24,010 bases of DNA from a virus (lineage: Duplodnaviria > Caudoviricetes): positions 1-24,010 of the IMG/VR virus record IMGVR_UViG_3300009320_000446. One strand, given 5' to 3'. Both the position numbers and the translations under genes were made by a program. Below, piece by piece: positions 1 through 6,012 of this stretch. The notes beneath the pieces are model-generated. The model did no database searches. It saw only the letters and a list, made by a program, of their open reading frames with translations, and was not told the origin of the DNA. Numbering within the stretch: the first letter of the stretch is position 1; each line of letters begins with the position of its first letter.

Positions 1-104
1 ACCCCCCCCACAGGCGTGGAGTCAAATCCAAAATGTCGGGGCTTTTCTTTTGTGGGTTGACATGTGCTATGATACGAGCACCTACTTGCTTACCCACCTA
101 CATC

Positions 105-419
105 ATGGCTAAAACAAGCAAGGAATCACTAACAAGTCCTAATGAGCTAGGCGCCATCGAGCGATCTTATTATGTTATTGTAAAGGAGCAGCGCAAGAAA
201 CTTCCAGATGGCAATGAGGACAATGTTGAGGATCGTTATGAAATGGGGATGACTCATTATTTCGTGCACGGTGTTTATAGTTCATCAGAGGCTATCACGG
301 AGGTTGAATCTCTTTTTTGTACTAACGGCGTAGGGAGGCAAATGACAGTTAAGGAGTCGGTAGCTGTGAAGGCATTTAATCGTGGGGATGGTTTTGTAGA
401 AGTTTTTGAGATGCAATGA
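105..419 (+). CDS. Hypothetical protein (104 aa; start revised from 33 to 105)
   Basis: Extended -10 TGcTATGAT at 65-73, then the C/T-rich leader CTACTTGCTTACCCACCTACATC before ATG105. ATGA overlap with the next gene. Confidence 0.7.
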   Translation: MAKTSKESLTSPNELGAIERSYYVIVKEQRKKLPDGNEDNVEDRYEMGMTHYFVHGVYSSSEAITEVESLFCTNGVGRQMTVKESVAVKAFNRGDGFVEVFEMQ

Positions 420-628
420 GAAAGATTTATCCACGTCATCACTTTGCGGCGCGATTCCCAAGGTTTCTAGTCTTTGCCGAATCTGGGAGACTATTTTCTG
501 AGGCAGAAGGGAAATTCCCAAAAAATGTTGCAACGGAAATTCAAAGGTTTTTTGACGAGGAAGGAGTTGTCAGCCCCTATGAATTCTATTTTGATAATTT
601 CGGAAATGTGGTGATCTATTGGGCTTGA
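416..628 (+). CDS. Hypothetical protein (70 aa)
   Basis: ATGA translational coupling to the upstream ORF. Fills the gap to the next promoter. Confidence 0.7.
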   Translation: MRKIYPRHHFAARFPRFLVFAESGRLFSEAEGKFPKNVATEIQRFFDEEGVVSPYEFYFDNFGNVVIYWA

Positions 629-679
629 CCCACCTAAACACCTCTAGCAAGTCCCCTTTTATTTTGGTAGACTGTGGAT

Positions 680-868
680 ATGAAGATATTTGTTGTTGAT
701 TTCTCCCCGATGTGGCCTGTTCCGTGTGGTCTTGTTATAGCTGCAAAAGACAAGAAGGAGGCAAGGAAAATAGCGAAGGAGACTATCAGCCACACAAAAG
801 AGATTTACGTCAAAGAAGTTGATACATCTGAATCAAAGGTTATTTTTTATGAAAGTGGGGATTATTAA
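680..868 (+). CDS. Small hypothetical phage protein (62 aa; start revised to 680)
   Basis: ATG680 lies 6 nt after a -10 box. The VIAAKDKKEARKIA motif is typical of small phage alpha/beta proteins. Confidence 0.75.
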   Translation: MKIFVVDFSPMWPVPCGLVIAAKDKKEARKIAKETISHTKEIYVKEVDTSESKVIFYESGDY

Positions 869-908
869 TCCCCTTACACCTCCTTCTGACTTTTGATACC
901 ATAGAACC

Positions 909-1100
909 ATGCTTACTGTTAAGGATAAGAAATCAACGGAAGAAAAGATGGCTCGCCTATTGGTGGAGAAGGAAATGAGACTCAAAGGACGAGTAATCAA
1001 TCTAAAAGAAGCTAGGGCAGTCATAAGAGATTTTGGTGTATGGGAAAAAACCCCAGACAGAAAACACGCCTTAACTATTCTTTATACTGGATTTGGTTGA
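909..1100 (+). CDS. Small hypothetical protein (63 aa)
   Basis: Leaderless promoter TGaTACCAT-N6-ATG. Confidence 0.75.
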   Translation: MLTVKDKKSTEEKMARLLVEKEMRLKGRVINLKEARAVIRDFGVWEKTPDRKHALTILYTGFG

Positions 1101-1140
1101 CCCCCCTACACCCTCCCTTGATTTATGGTATGCTAGGGGT

Positions 1141-1341
1141 ATGAAAGTCCACTACGTTACCCCTACTGGCGAAGAGGAAGATATAGCCTTCTGGGATAAA
1201 GATATTACACACAAGAATAAAGAGTTTGGCTGTCTGGCGTTTTTCTATGATAAGGAATACGCTGAAATGTATGCTGATTTTCTCCAAGGGCATGAGCACT
1301 TGGATATTGACTACGAGGTGAGAAGTGTTGAGTTGCCTTGA
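1141..1341 (+). CDS. Small hypothetical protein (66 aa; start revised from 1093 to 1141)
   Basis: TGgTATGCT-N6-ATG1141, in frame with the ORF-track call. Confidence 0.75.
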   Translation: MKVHYVTPTGEEEDIAFWDKDITHKNKEFGCLAFFYDKEYAEMYADFLQGHEHLDIDYEVRSVELP

Positions 1342-1370
1342 TTTATACAATAGGGGTGTATAATTGAGAT

Positions 1371-1583
1371 ATGTTCTCAAAACCAGTGCCAGAAGCAGAG
1401 TTCTACGAGGAGCATGAGCCTGATGTCGCTTGTTGCCATTCGGATTTAAGATTGTCTCGCAGGAATTATTATATATTTTGCGGTGGATGTGGGATGCAAT
1501 GGATGCCTGTTACTGATCCAACAGGAAATTCTGTGGCACATCTTCCATATAGAAAAATAGCTAAAATGAAAGCTGTGGCTTGA
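1371..1583 (+). CDS. Small Cys-rich, putative zinc-ribbon protein (70 aa)
   Basis: TATAAT-N6-ATG. Contains CCH...CGGCG. Confidence 0.7.
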   Translation: MFSKPVPEAEFYEEHEPDVACCHSDLRLSRRNYYIFCGGCGMQWMPVTDPTGNSVAHLPYRKIAKMKAVA

Positions 1584-1616
1584 TTTATACAAGGGGAGTT
1601 CTGCTATACTCTTTGC

Positions 1617-1775
1617 ATGAAATCTCTAAGTAACATGTGGAATGACCTAGTGCTCATCCTCACAGTGGCTTTTTGGGACAGGCTTGGAGAGGAATTCACA
1701 AAGGACTTGGTGCTTATGGAAAAAGATGGGAAGAGGTTTTTTTGTCCAAAGCAATATCTTGAAATGGGGCAGTAG
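1617..1775 (+). CDS. Small hypothetical protein (52 aa, MKSLSNMWNDLVLILTVAFWDRLGEEF...), not in the ORF track
   Basis: Read manually. TGcTATACT-N6-ATG1617, stop TAG at 1773-1775. Confidence 0.7.
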   Translation: MKSLSNMWNDLVLILTVAFWDRLGEEFTKDLVLMEKDGKRFFCPKQYLEMGQ

Positions 1776-1790
1776 TGCTACACTGGAGGC

Positions 1791-1886
1791 ATGTCAAACT
1801 TAGAATTCTTTGTAGTAATGGTTTTTATGGTTGTTGTAATGGCTGCCCCATTGTTGGTGTTAGCCTTGCGGCCTTTTGGCGTATAA
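1791..1886 (+). CDS. Single-pass membrane micropeptide (31 aa, MSNLEFFVVMVFMVVVMAAPLLVLALRPFGV)
   Basis: Read manually. TGcTACACT-N6-ATG1791, about 20 consecutive hydrophobic residues. Its TAA lies inside dif-like site 1. Confidence 0.65.
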   Translation: MSNLEFFVVMVFMVVVMAAPLLVLALRPFGV

Positions 1887-1903
1887 CACTCCTTATGCGA
1901 ATA
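1876..1903. other. dif-like tyrosine recombinase site 1 (11-6-11)
   Basis: TTGGCGTATAA-CACTCC-TTATGCGAATA. The imperfect palindrome CGTATAA-N6-TTATGCG resembles Xer binding arms. Confidence 0.6.
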
Positions 1904-1976
1904 TATTTCAATGAGAGATTAAGAATTGTCAATATGATCTATTTGCTTTAACTATTTGTTAAGGTAATATGCCTGT

Positions 1977-2273
1977 GTGATTAAGAAAGGCAAACTCCTA
2001 CGGCTTCTACGAGAATCATTGAATCTTAGGCAAGATGAGGTGGCTGAGGATTGTGGAATATCTGCCTCTTATCTGTGCTTGATTGAGGGTGGGTACAAAA
2101 CGCCAAGCGGGGCTGTACTTACTGATCTCGCCAATCGATACAATGTGCCAGCTATTCTATTTGAATGGAACGAGGATGACCTTGAGCGCACAACGAACAA
2201 AGAGGAACGAGAGCTTGTGGATAAGATTAATGGTTTTATGGATGCACTTCTCATGTTAATCCTAAAAAGATGA
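1977..2273 (+). CDS. XRE/Cro-family helix-turn-helix transcriptional regulator (98 aa)
   Basis: LRLLRESLNLRQDEVAEDCGISASYLCLIEGGYKTPS matches the HTH_3 pattern. GTG start 6 nt after TAATAT. Confidence 0.9.
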   Translation: MIKKGKLLRLLRESLNLRQDEVAEDCGISASYLCLIEGGYKTPSGAVLTDLANRYNVPAILFEWNEDDLERTTNKEERELVDKINGFMDALLMLILKR

Positions 2274-2431
2274 CCAACAATCCATTTGAACCACAGGACG
2301 GATTTCAGCACGATATCGAGTGCGAAGGCAAAGAGTGTGGGTGCTTCCAAAGAGCAAATGATCGCGGTTATGCCGTCTTTTGGGAAACAATGACATTCGA
2401 TGAATTTCAGAGGCGCTATAACTTCGTATAA
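2270..2431 (+). CDS. Small Cys-containing hypothetical protein (53 aa, MTNNPFEPQDGFQHDIECEGKECGCFQRANDRG...)
   Basis: Read manually. ATGA coupling to the HTH gene. Its stop TAA lies in the left arm of dif-like site 2. Confidence 0.6.
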   Translation: MTNNPFEPQDGFQHDIECEGKECGCFQRANDRGYAVFWETMTFDEFQRRYNFV

Positions 2432-2448
2432 AAGACATTATTGGAAGT
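2421..2448. other. dif/loxP-like tyrosine recombinase site 2
   Basis: ACTTCGTATAA-AAGACA-TTATTGGAAGT (11-6-11). Read as 13-8-13 (2418-2451), the left arm ATAACTTCGTATA equals the loxP arm and the right arm matches 10/13. Confidence 0.75.
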
Positions 2449-2450
2449 TG

Positions 2451-2459
2451 TGATATACT
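2451..2459 (+). promoter_or_regulatory. Extended -10 promoter for the 2525-2872 cassette
   Basis: TGaTATACT. The predicted TSS at about 2466 coincides with the start of the inverted repeat. Confidence 0.7.
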
Positions 2460-2466
2460 ATTCTCG

Positions 2467-2903
2467 GTTCCTTGTCAGCACAGGTCAGCCCTATTGGAAG
2501 AATAGGGATAACCCATTTTTTATCATGGAACATGAAGCCAAACCAGAACCAATTACAGAAGAAGAAAGACTAATCAGGCAAAAGAGAAGAGACTTGCGCG
2601 AAGCAAGGATTTCAAAGGCGAGAGCAGAAGTTGTTAAAAAACAAATAATCGAGGCATACGAAATCTTAGAAAGCATACGCTTCGATTATGTATCAGATAC
2701 AATGTTCAGAGATTACATTACCTGCGCCAAGAAGGAATTGGAGGGCGCACTATCAGATTTCCTGTTGTCGGAGATTTATCAGGAAGAAAAAGTCAATGAG
2801 GTCAAAAAGAAAACACCAAAAGAATATGATGCCTTCTTAAAGGCAAAGGAAGCGGAGCCAACACAAGGCTAATTTTTATTTATGACCTGTGCTGAAAGGG
2901 AAC
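2467..2903. repeat. 21-bp imperfect inverted repeat (2467-2487 / 2883-2903) enclosing one ORF
   Basis: GTTCCTTGTCAGCACAGGTCA versus TGACCTGTGCTGAAAGGGAAC: 13 bp perfect core, 19/21 Watson-Crick pairs, plus one G-U. Confidence 0.9.
2525..2872 (+). CDS. Hypothetical charged helical protein (115 aa; start revised from 2441 to 2525)
   Basis: ATG2525 follows the pyrimidine-rich leader ACCCATTTTTTATC and lies downstream of the promoter at 2451-2459. The longer TTG start lies upstream of that promoter. Confidence 0.75.
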   Translation: MEHEAKPEPITEEERLIRQKRRDLREARISKARAEVVKKQIIEAYEILESIRFDYVSDTMFRDYITCAKKELEGALSDFLLSEIYQEEKVNEVKKKTPKEYDAFLKAKEAEPTQG

Positions 2904-2931
2904 TTCGTATAAAAAAGACATTACACACCTT
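2902..2931. other. Degenerate dif-like site 3 (direct repeat of site 2)
   Basis: AACTTCGTATAAAAAAGACATTA (2901-2923) versus AACTTCGTATAAAAGACATTA (2420-2440): identical except for two extra A. The right arm has diverged. Confidence 0.65.
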
Positions 2932-2968
2932 GACTGTAACACCTGTTTCAGTTTATCGTTGTAATACT

Positions 2969-3015
2969 AGAGACACCGAACCAATAGTTCCAGCTGGGCG
3001 TTGGTCGCTGTCTCT
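2969..3015 (+). ncRNA. Possible structured RNA or pre-tRNA leader hairpin
   Basis: AGAGACA/TGTCTCT, CGA/TCG and CCAA/TTGG stack into a ~47-nt imperfect hairpin. It lies downstream of a candidate promoter TTGACT(2930)-N18-TATCGT(2954). Confidence 0.35.
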
Positions 3016-3022
3016 TTTGTTA

Positions 3023-3097
3023 GGACAACTAGCTCATTAGCAGAGCGCTCGGTCTACACCCGAGAGGTAAGATGTGCAATTCATCTGTTGTCCACCA
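3023..3097 (+). tRNA. trnV: tRNA-Val (anticodon UAC), atypical loops, CCA encoded
   Basis: Acceptor GGACAAC/GTTGTCC, D stem GCTC/GAGC, anticodon stem CTCGG/CCGAG with loop TC-TAC-AC, T stem AGATG/CATCT, discriminator A, then CCA. Confidence 0.9.
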
Positions 3098-3114
3098 TGT
3101 GTTACAATACAACT

Positions 3115-3159
3115 ATGCCCTGCAAAGGAAAAAAGCGGCGTTCTAAGAAAAAGAAATGA
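3115..3159 (+). CDS. Highly basic micropeptide (14 aa, MPCKGKKRRSKKKK)
   Basis: TGtTACAAT-N6-ATG3115. The stop overlaps the next start (ATGA at 3156-3159). Confidence 0.55.
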   Translation: MPCKGKKRRSKKKK

Positions 3160-3344
3160 GAATCCGCAAAACAAGGACGGCAACAGTACACTTTATTGAC
3201 TGTGAACATTGTGATTGGTCAGTAGGAGCTGCTACCCCCTCCCTTGCTGTTGAAATGTTAGAAGACCACATGTACCAGTTCCACAGAGACCCAGACTGGA
3301 ATATTAGCGGAACCACTGCTATTACTGCTACAATGAAAGCATGA
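3156..3344 (+). CDS. Small C2H2-like zinc-binding protein (62 aa)
   Basis: CEHC...HMYQFH motif. ATGA overlaps at both ends. Confidence 0.7.
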   Translation: MRIRKTRTATVHFIDCEHCDWSVGAATPSLAVEMLEDHMYQFHRDPDWNISGTTAITATMKA

Positions 3345-3523
3345 GGATAAGAGACTTACCCTACATGCATATGTGCAGAGGATCGAGTCTCAGAACTTTG
3401 CATAAGGCTCCATACTATTGGATATTAGACCATTGGAAGAGATTGCCTTGGTACTGCTGGCCGTTACTAACATATGCCAGCATCTTCCATGTTAAGAAGA
3501 TATGGAATACAATAGTCACATGA
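3341..3523 (+). CDS. Small aromatic-rich hypothetical protein (60 aa)
   Basis: TGcTACAAT-N6-ATG. Confidence 0.6.
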   Translation: MRIRDLPYMHMCRGSSLRTLHKAPYYWILDHWKRLPWYCWPLLTYASIFHVKKIWNTIVT

Positions 3524-3696
3524 AAAAAACAGTCTGTATTAATCCTTTCTTACATGTAGATGAGCACAAGCTGGAAATACGCGCCCAGGTTAAGGGAAAA
3601 GAAACTACAATAAAATCAATCCCTTTTTACAACAACAAAACAAAACGCAAAAAGAGCATAAAAGAATGCTTTGCCCTACTGGGTTTCAATATCTAA
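3520..3696 (+). CDS. Small basic hypothetical protein (58 aa; start revised to 3520)
   Basis: TTCCAT-N17-TACAAT-N6-ATG3520, ATGA overlap. Confidence 0.65.
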   Translation: MKKTVCINPFLHVDEHKLEIRAQVKGKETTIKSIPFYNNKTKRKKSIKECFALLGFNI

Positions 3697-3713
3697 AAAT
3701 GTTACTATAACCC

Positions 3714-3944
3714 ATGATGAAAAAACCTTCTGACAAAATCAAAGAAATCTACAACTCCAACAAAAAGGATGCTGAAACAGCACACAAAAAGCTGGATGCG
3801 ATTTACCAATACTTAGACGAAGCCCTACCAGAAAGAGTACAACTAGCAGCTATAATCCTTAGCTCTATGTTAGCTAATGGTAAATATGAAAAGGAAGAAG
3901 CTGCTAGAATAGCTTTAGACTCTGCTGACCTACTTCTACAATGA
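3714..3944 (+). CDS. Hypothetical phage protein (76 aa)
   Basis: Leaderless promoter. The C-terminal LAAIILSSMLAN...AARIALDSADLLL pattern is common in small phage helical-hairpin proteins. Confidence 0.75.
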   Translation: MMKKPSDKIKEIYNSNKKDAETAHKKLDAIYQYLDEALPERVQLAAIILSSMLANGKYEKEEAARIALDSADLLLQ

Positions 3945-4022
3945 AAAAGCTACAAGTCAAATTAGGCAACAGAAGAGGATTTGGGAATATCATTGACCCA
4001 GAAAATGTGATACAATCTAATC

Positions 4023-4376
4023 ATGAAAAAGAACGAGACAACAAAGGAAAAGAAAGTAAAGAAACAATCGAAACACAAAAACCTCTTAGCAGGTAATCCT
4101 GCTTGGGAGAAGGGGGGCAAGAGTCCTAATCCAGAAGGAAGACCTGACTCTGCTTGGACTTGGCGAGACTTGTTTGTAAAGATTGCAGATCAGAAAAAAG
4201 ATCAACTGACAAGAAAAGAGTTAGCTGCTGATGCTATATGGAATAGGATGGAAGATGGAGATGTTAAAGCGTTTGAGAAGGTTGCTGATAGGATGGAAGG
4301 AAAACCAGATCAGAATATAAATGCCACAGTGTCGGTGGCGGACAAGGTTAAAGAGGAGCTACAATCTACCAAGTGA
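4023..4376 (+). CDS. terS: Terminase small subunit (DUF5681-like, 117 aa)
   Basis: WEKGGKSPNPEGRP and GDVKAFEKVADRMEGKP motifs. Immediately upstream of, and overlapping, terL. Confidence 0.8.
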   Translation: MKKNETTKEKKVKKQSKHKNLLAGNPAWEKGGKSPNPEGRPDSAWTWRDLFVKIADQKKDQLTRKELAADAIWNRMEDGDVKAFEKVADRMEGKPDQNINATVSVADKVKEELQSTK

Positions 4377-5785
4377 ACCCAGCAGATGTCGCAGAAGTCT
4401 CGGCCTTTATCGCAAAAGAATTCAGAGATGATCCTGCAAGATATTGTAGAGCTGTCCTCCGCTTTACTCCTGACGAATGGCAAGAAAAGGTTTTGGATAG
4501 CATCAAACAACATAGACGAGTTGCTATCCGCTCTGGGCATGGAGTTGGAAAAACAAGATTGGCGGCCAGTGTCATTCATTGGTTCATTGCCACAAGGGCA
4601 AATCCCCAAATCGTGGTCACTGCTAACACACAATCCCAACTTAAAGACAAATCATGGAGAGAGCTCGCAAAGATAAATGAGAACGCTGTAAACAAGGATG
4701 CTTTTGAAATAACAGCTACAAGGTTCTCAATGAAAGGATCAGATACTTGGTTTGCTTCTGCTGTTCCACACAGAGAAGAGAAGCCTGAAGCGTTTGCAGG
4801 AACACACGAAGAGAATGTCTTGATGGTATTCGATGAAGCCTCTGCTATCCCTGAAATCATTTGGGAAACATCGGCGGGGGCAATGACTACTAAAGGTGCT
4901 AGATGGTTAGTACTTGGAAACCCGACGCGGAACACTGGAAAGTTCCACGAGTGCTTTGGGCTTAATAAATGGCAAGAGGGTGACAGCAAAGACTCAGGAA
5001 AATGGCATACGTTCACTGTTTCTTGCTTGGATGTCCCAAGAGTTGATAGAAGTTACATAACTGAGATTGAGCGTGAATACGGTAGGACATCTGATCCTTA
5101 TAGAGTTCGTGTATTGGGATTGCCACCACAGCAGGAGGAGCAGCAATTCATTTCTGCTGAGTTATATGAAAAGGCTTTATACAACAAAGTACAAACATTT
5201 CCACATGAACCTAAAACATTAGGAGTTGACGTTGCAAGGTTTGGGAATGATAGATCGGTGTTAGTTGAGCGGAAGGGTAAAGAAATGAGATTGATTAAAA
5301 TGCTTAGGGGGCAAGATACAATGCAGATAGTTGGCCAAGTTATAAATGCAATAGAACAAGCAGATTATGAAGGTGAGCCCTATACATTTGTTTGCGTCGA
5401 TGTAATTGGTATTGGGGCAGGCGTGCTGGATAGACTGAAAGAGCAAAAGATTGATGTAATAGGAGTAAATGTCTCTGAAAAACCAAGAATGGAAGATTGT
5501 AAGAATATGAGAGCAGAACTGTGGAAGAGATATAAACAATGGTTGAATGAGGGGTCGCTTACAGAAGAATTTAGAGAAGATACGATTGGTATTTATTACA
5601 GCTTTGATTCAAATGGAAAGCTTGTAATGGAGAGAAAGGAGGATATGAAGAGGAGAGGGTTAGCTTCGCCAGATATCGCGGATGCAGCGTGTATGACCTT
5701 TTATCCTTTGCTTACAGAGAAGCCGTCACAAAAGAAAAAGAAGCGCCGTGCAAGTACTGGATGGCAGAAGCAGGTGGGGCTATGA
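4373..5785 (+). CDS. terL: Terminase large subunit (470 aa)
   Basis: Walker A SGHGVGKT, Walker B MVFDEAS, coupling motif GNP, RNase H-like nuclease LGVDVARFGNDRSV ... SPDIADA. Confidence 0.97.
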   Translation: MNPADVAEVSAFIAKEFRDDPARYCRAVLRFTPDEWQEKVLDSIKQHRRVAIRSGHGVGKTRLAASVIHWFIATRANPQIVVTANTQSQLKDKSWRELAKINENAVNKDAFEITATRFSMKGSDTWFASAVPHREEKPEAFAGTHEENVLMVFDEASAIPEIIWETSAGAMTTKGARWLVLGNPTRNTGKFHECFGLNKWQEGDSKDSGKWHTFTVSCLDVPRVDRSYITEIEREYGRTSDPYRVRVLGLPPQQEEQQFISAELYEKALYNKVQTFPHEPKTLGVDVARFGNDRSVLVERKGKEMRLIKMLRGQDTMQIVGQVINAIEQADYEGEPYTFVCVDVIGIGAGVLDRLKEQKIDVIGVNVSEKPRMEDCKNMRAELWKRYKQWLNEGSLTEEFREDTIGIYYSFDSNGKLVMERKEDMKRRGLASPDIADAACMTFYPLLTEKPSQKKKKRRASTGWQKQVGL

Positions 5786-5792
5786 TGGGGGT

Positions 5793-6008
5793 ATGTCATG
5801 CAACCATGACTTTCCGCCTTTCTTACGTGGCAGGAGAAAGTGTAAGGCATGTGGGCTGCGTGAGATTGAGATTAGGAATGAGCGTACGTATGTAGCTCGT
5901 GATGGTGATAGGTTTGTTCCAGTGGCTGACTATTCTAAGAATCTGTATAGGGTGGTATTGCCATATGTGGATTCGGTCTTGTTGTCTGTTAGAAGTAGGT
6001 TAAGATAG
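5793..6008 (+). CDS. Small zinc-finger-like protein (71 aa; start revised to 5793)
   Basis: TATGAT(5781-5786)-N6-ATG5793. CNH...CKACG motif. Confidence 0.7.
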   Translation: MSCNHDFPPFLRGRRKCKACGLREIEIRNERTYVARDGDRFVPVADYSKNLYRVVLPYVDSVLLSVRSRLR

Positions 6009-6012
6009 GGAT

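Larger units (their letters stand above)
665..1976 (+). promoter_or_regulatory. Series of seven sigma70-like -10 promoters giving leaderless mRNAs
   Basis: TAGACT 668-673/ATG680; TACCAT 897-902/ATG909; TATGCT 1129-1134/ATG1141; TATAAT 1359-1364/ATG1371; TATACT 1605-1610/ATG1617; TACACT 1779-1784/ATG1791; TAATAT 1965-1970/GTG1977. All have a 6-nt spacer and five have the TGn extension. Confidence 0.85.
3100..4022 (+). promoter_or_regulatory. Second series of leaderless-type -10 promoters
   Basis: TACAAT 3103-3108/ATG3115; TACAAT 3329-3334/ATG3341; TACAAT 3508-3513/ATG3520; TACTAT 3703-3708/ATG3714 (5-nt spacer); TACAAT 4011-4016/ATG4023. Confidence 0.8.

Noticed and set aside
57-73. Perfect TTGACA as the -35 for TATGAT
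   Set aside because: The spacing is only 5 bp, so it was treated as an extended -10 promoter instead.
625-1604. CRISPR array or mini-array from the intergenic repeats
   Set aside because: The repeats are only 10-16 bp, imperfect, and separated by 200+ bp of coding sequence. No cas genes are present.
1900-1932. Divergent minus-strand promoter (TTGACA at 1927-1932) forming a lambda-like switch
   Set aside because: There is no good -10 at 16-18 bp and no credible leftward gene. Kept only as a possible antisense source.
2418-2451. Cloning-vector loxP contamination
   Set aside because: The spacer is not ATGTATGC, the right arm has three mismatches, an ORF ends within the site and no vector sequence flanks it.
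2467-2903. Retron or IS element implied by the terminal inverted repeats
   Set aside because: No reverse transcriptase or transposase motifs in the enclosed ORF or elsewhere in the window.
3053-3059. CTA in the anticodon loop suggesting an amber suppressor tRNA
   Set aside because: The 5-bp stem CTCGG/CCGAG centres TAC at positions 34-36. Shifting the register breaks the stem, and Val identity elements are present.
3941-4096. 51-aa ORF ATGA-coupled to the 3714-3944 gene
   Set aside because: It overlaps the terS promoter and the first 74 nt of terS, with no motif support. It cannot be excluded but was not called.
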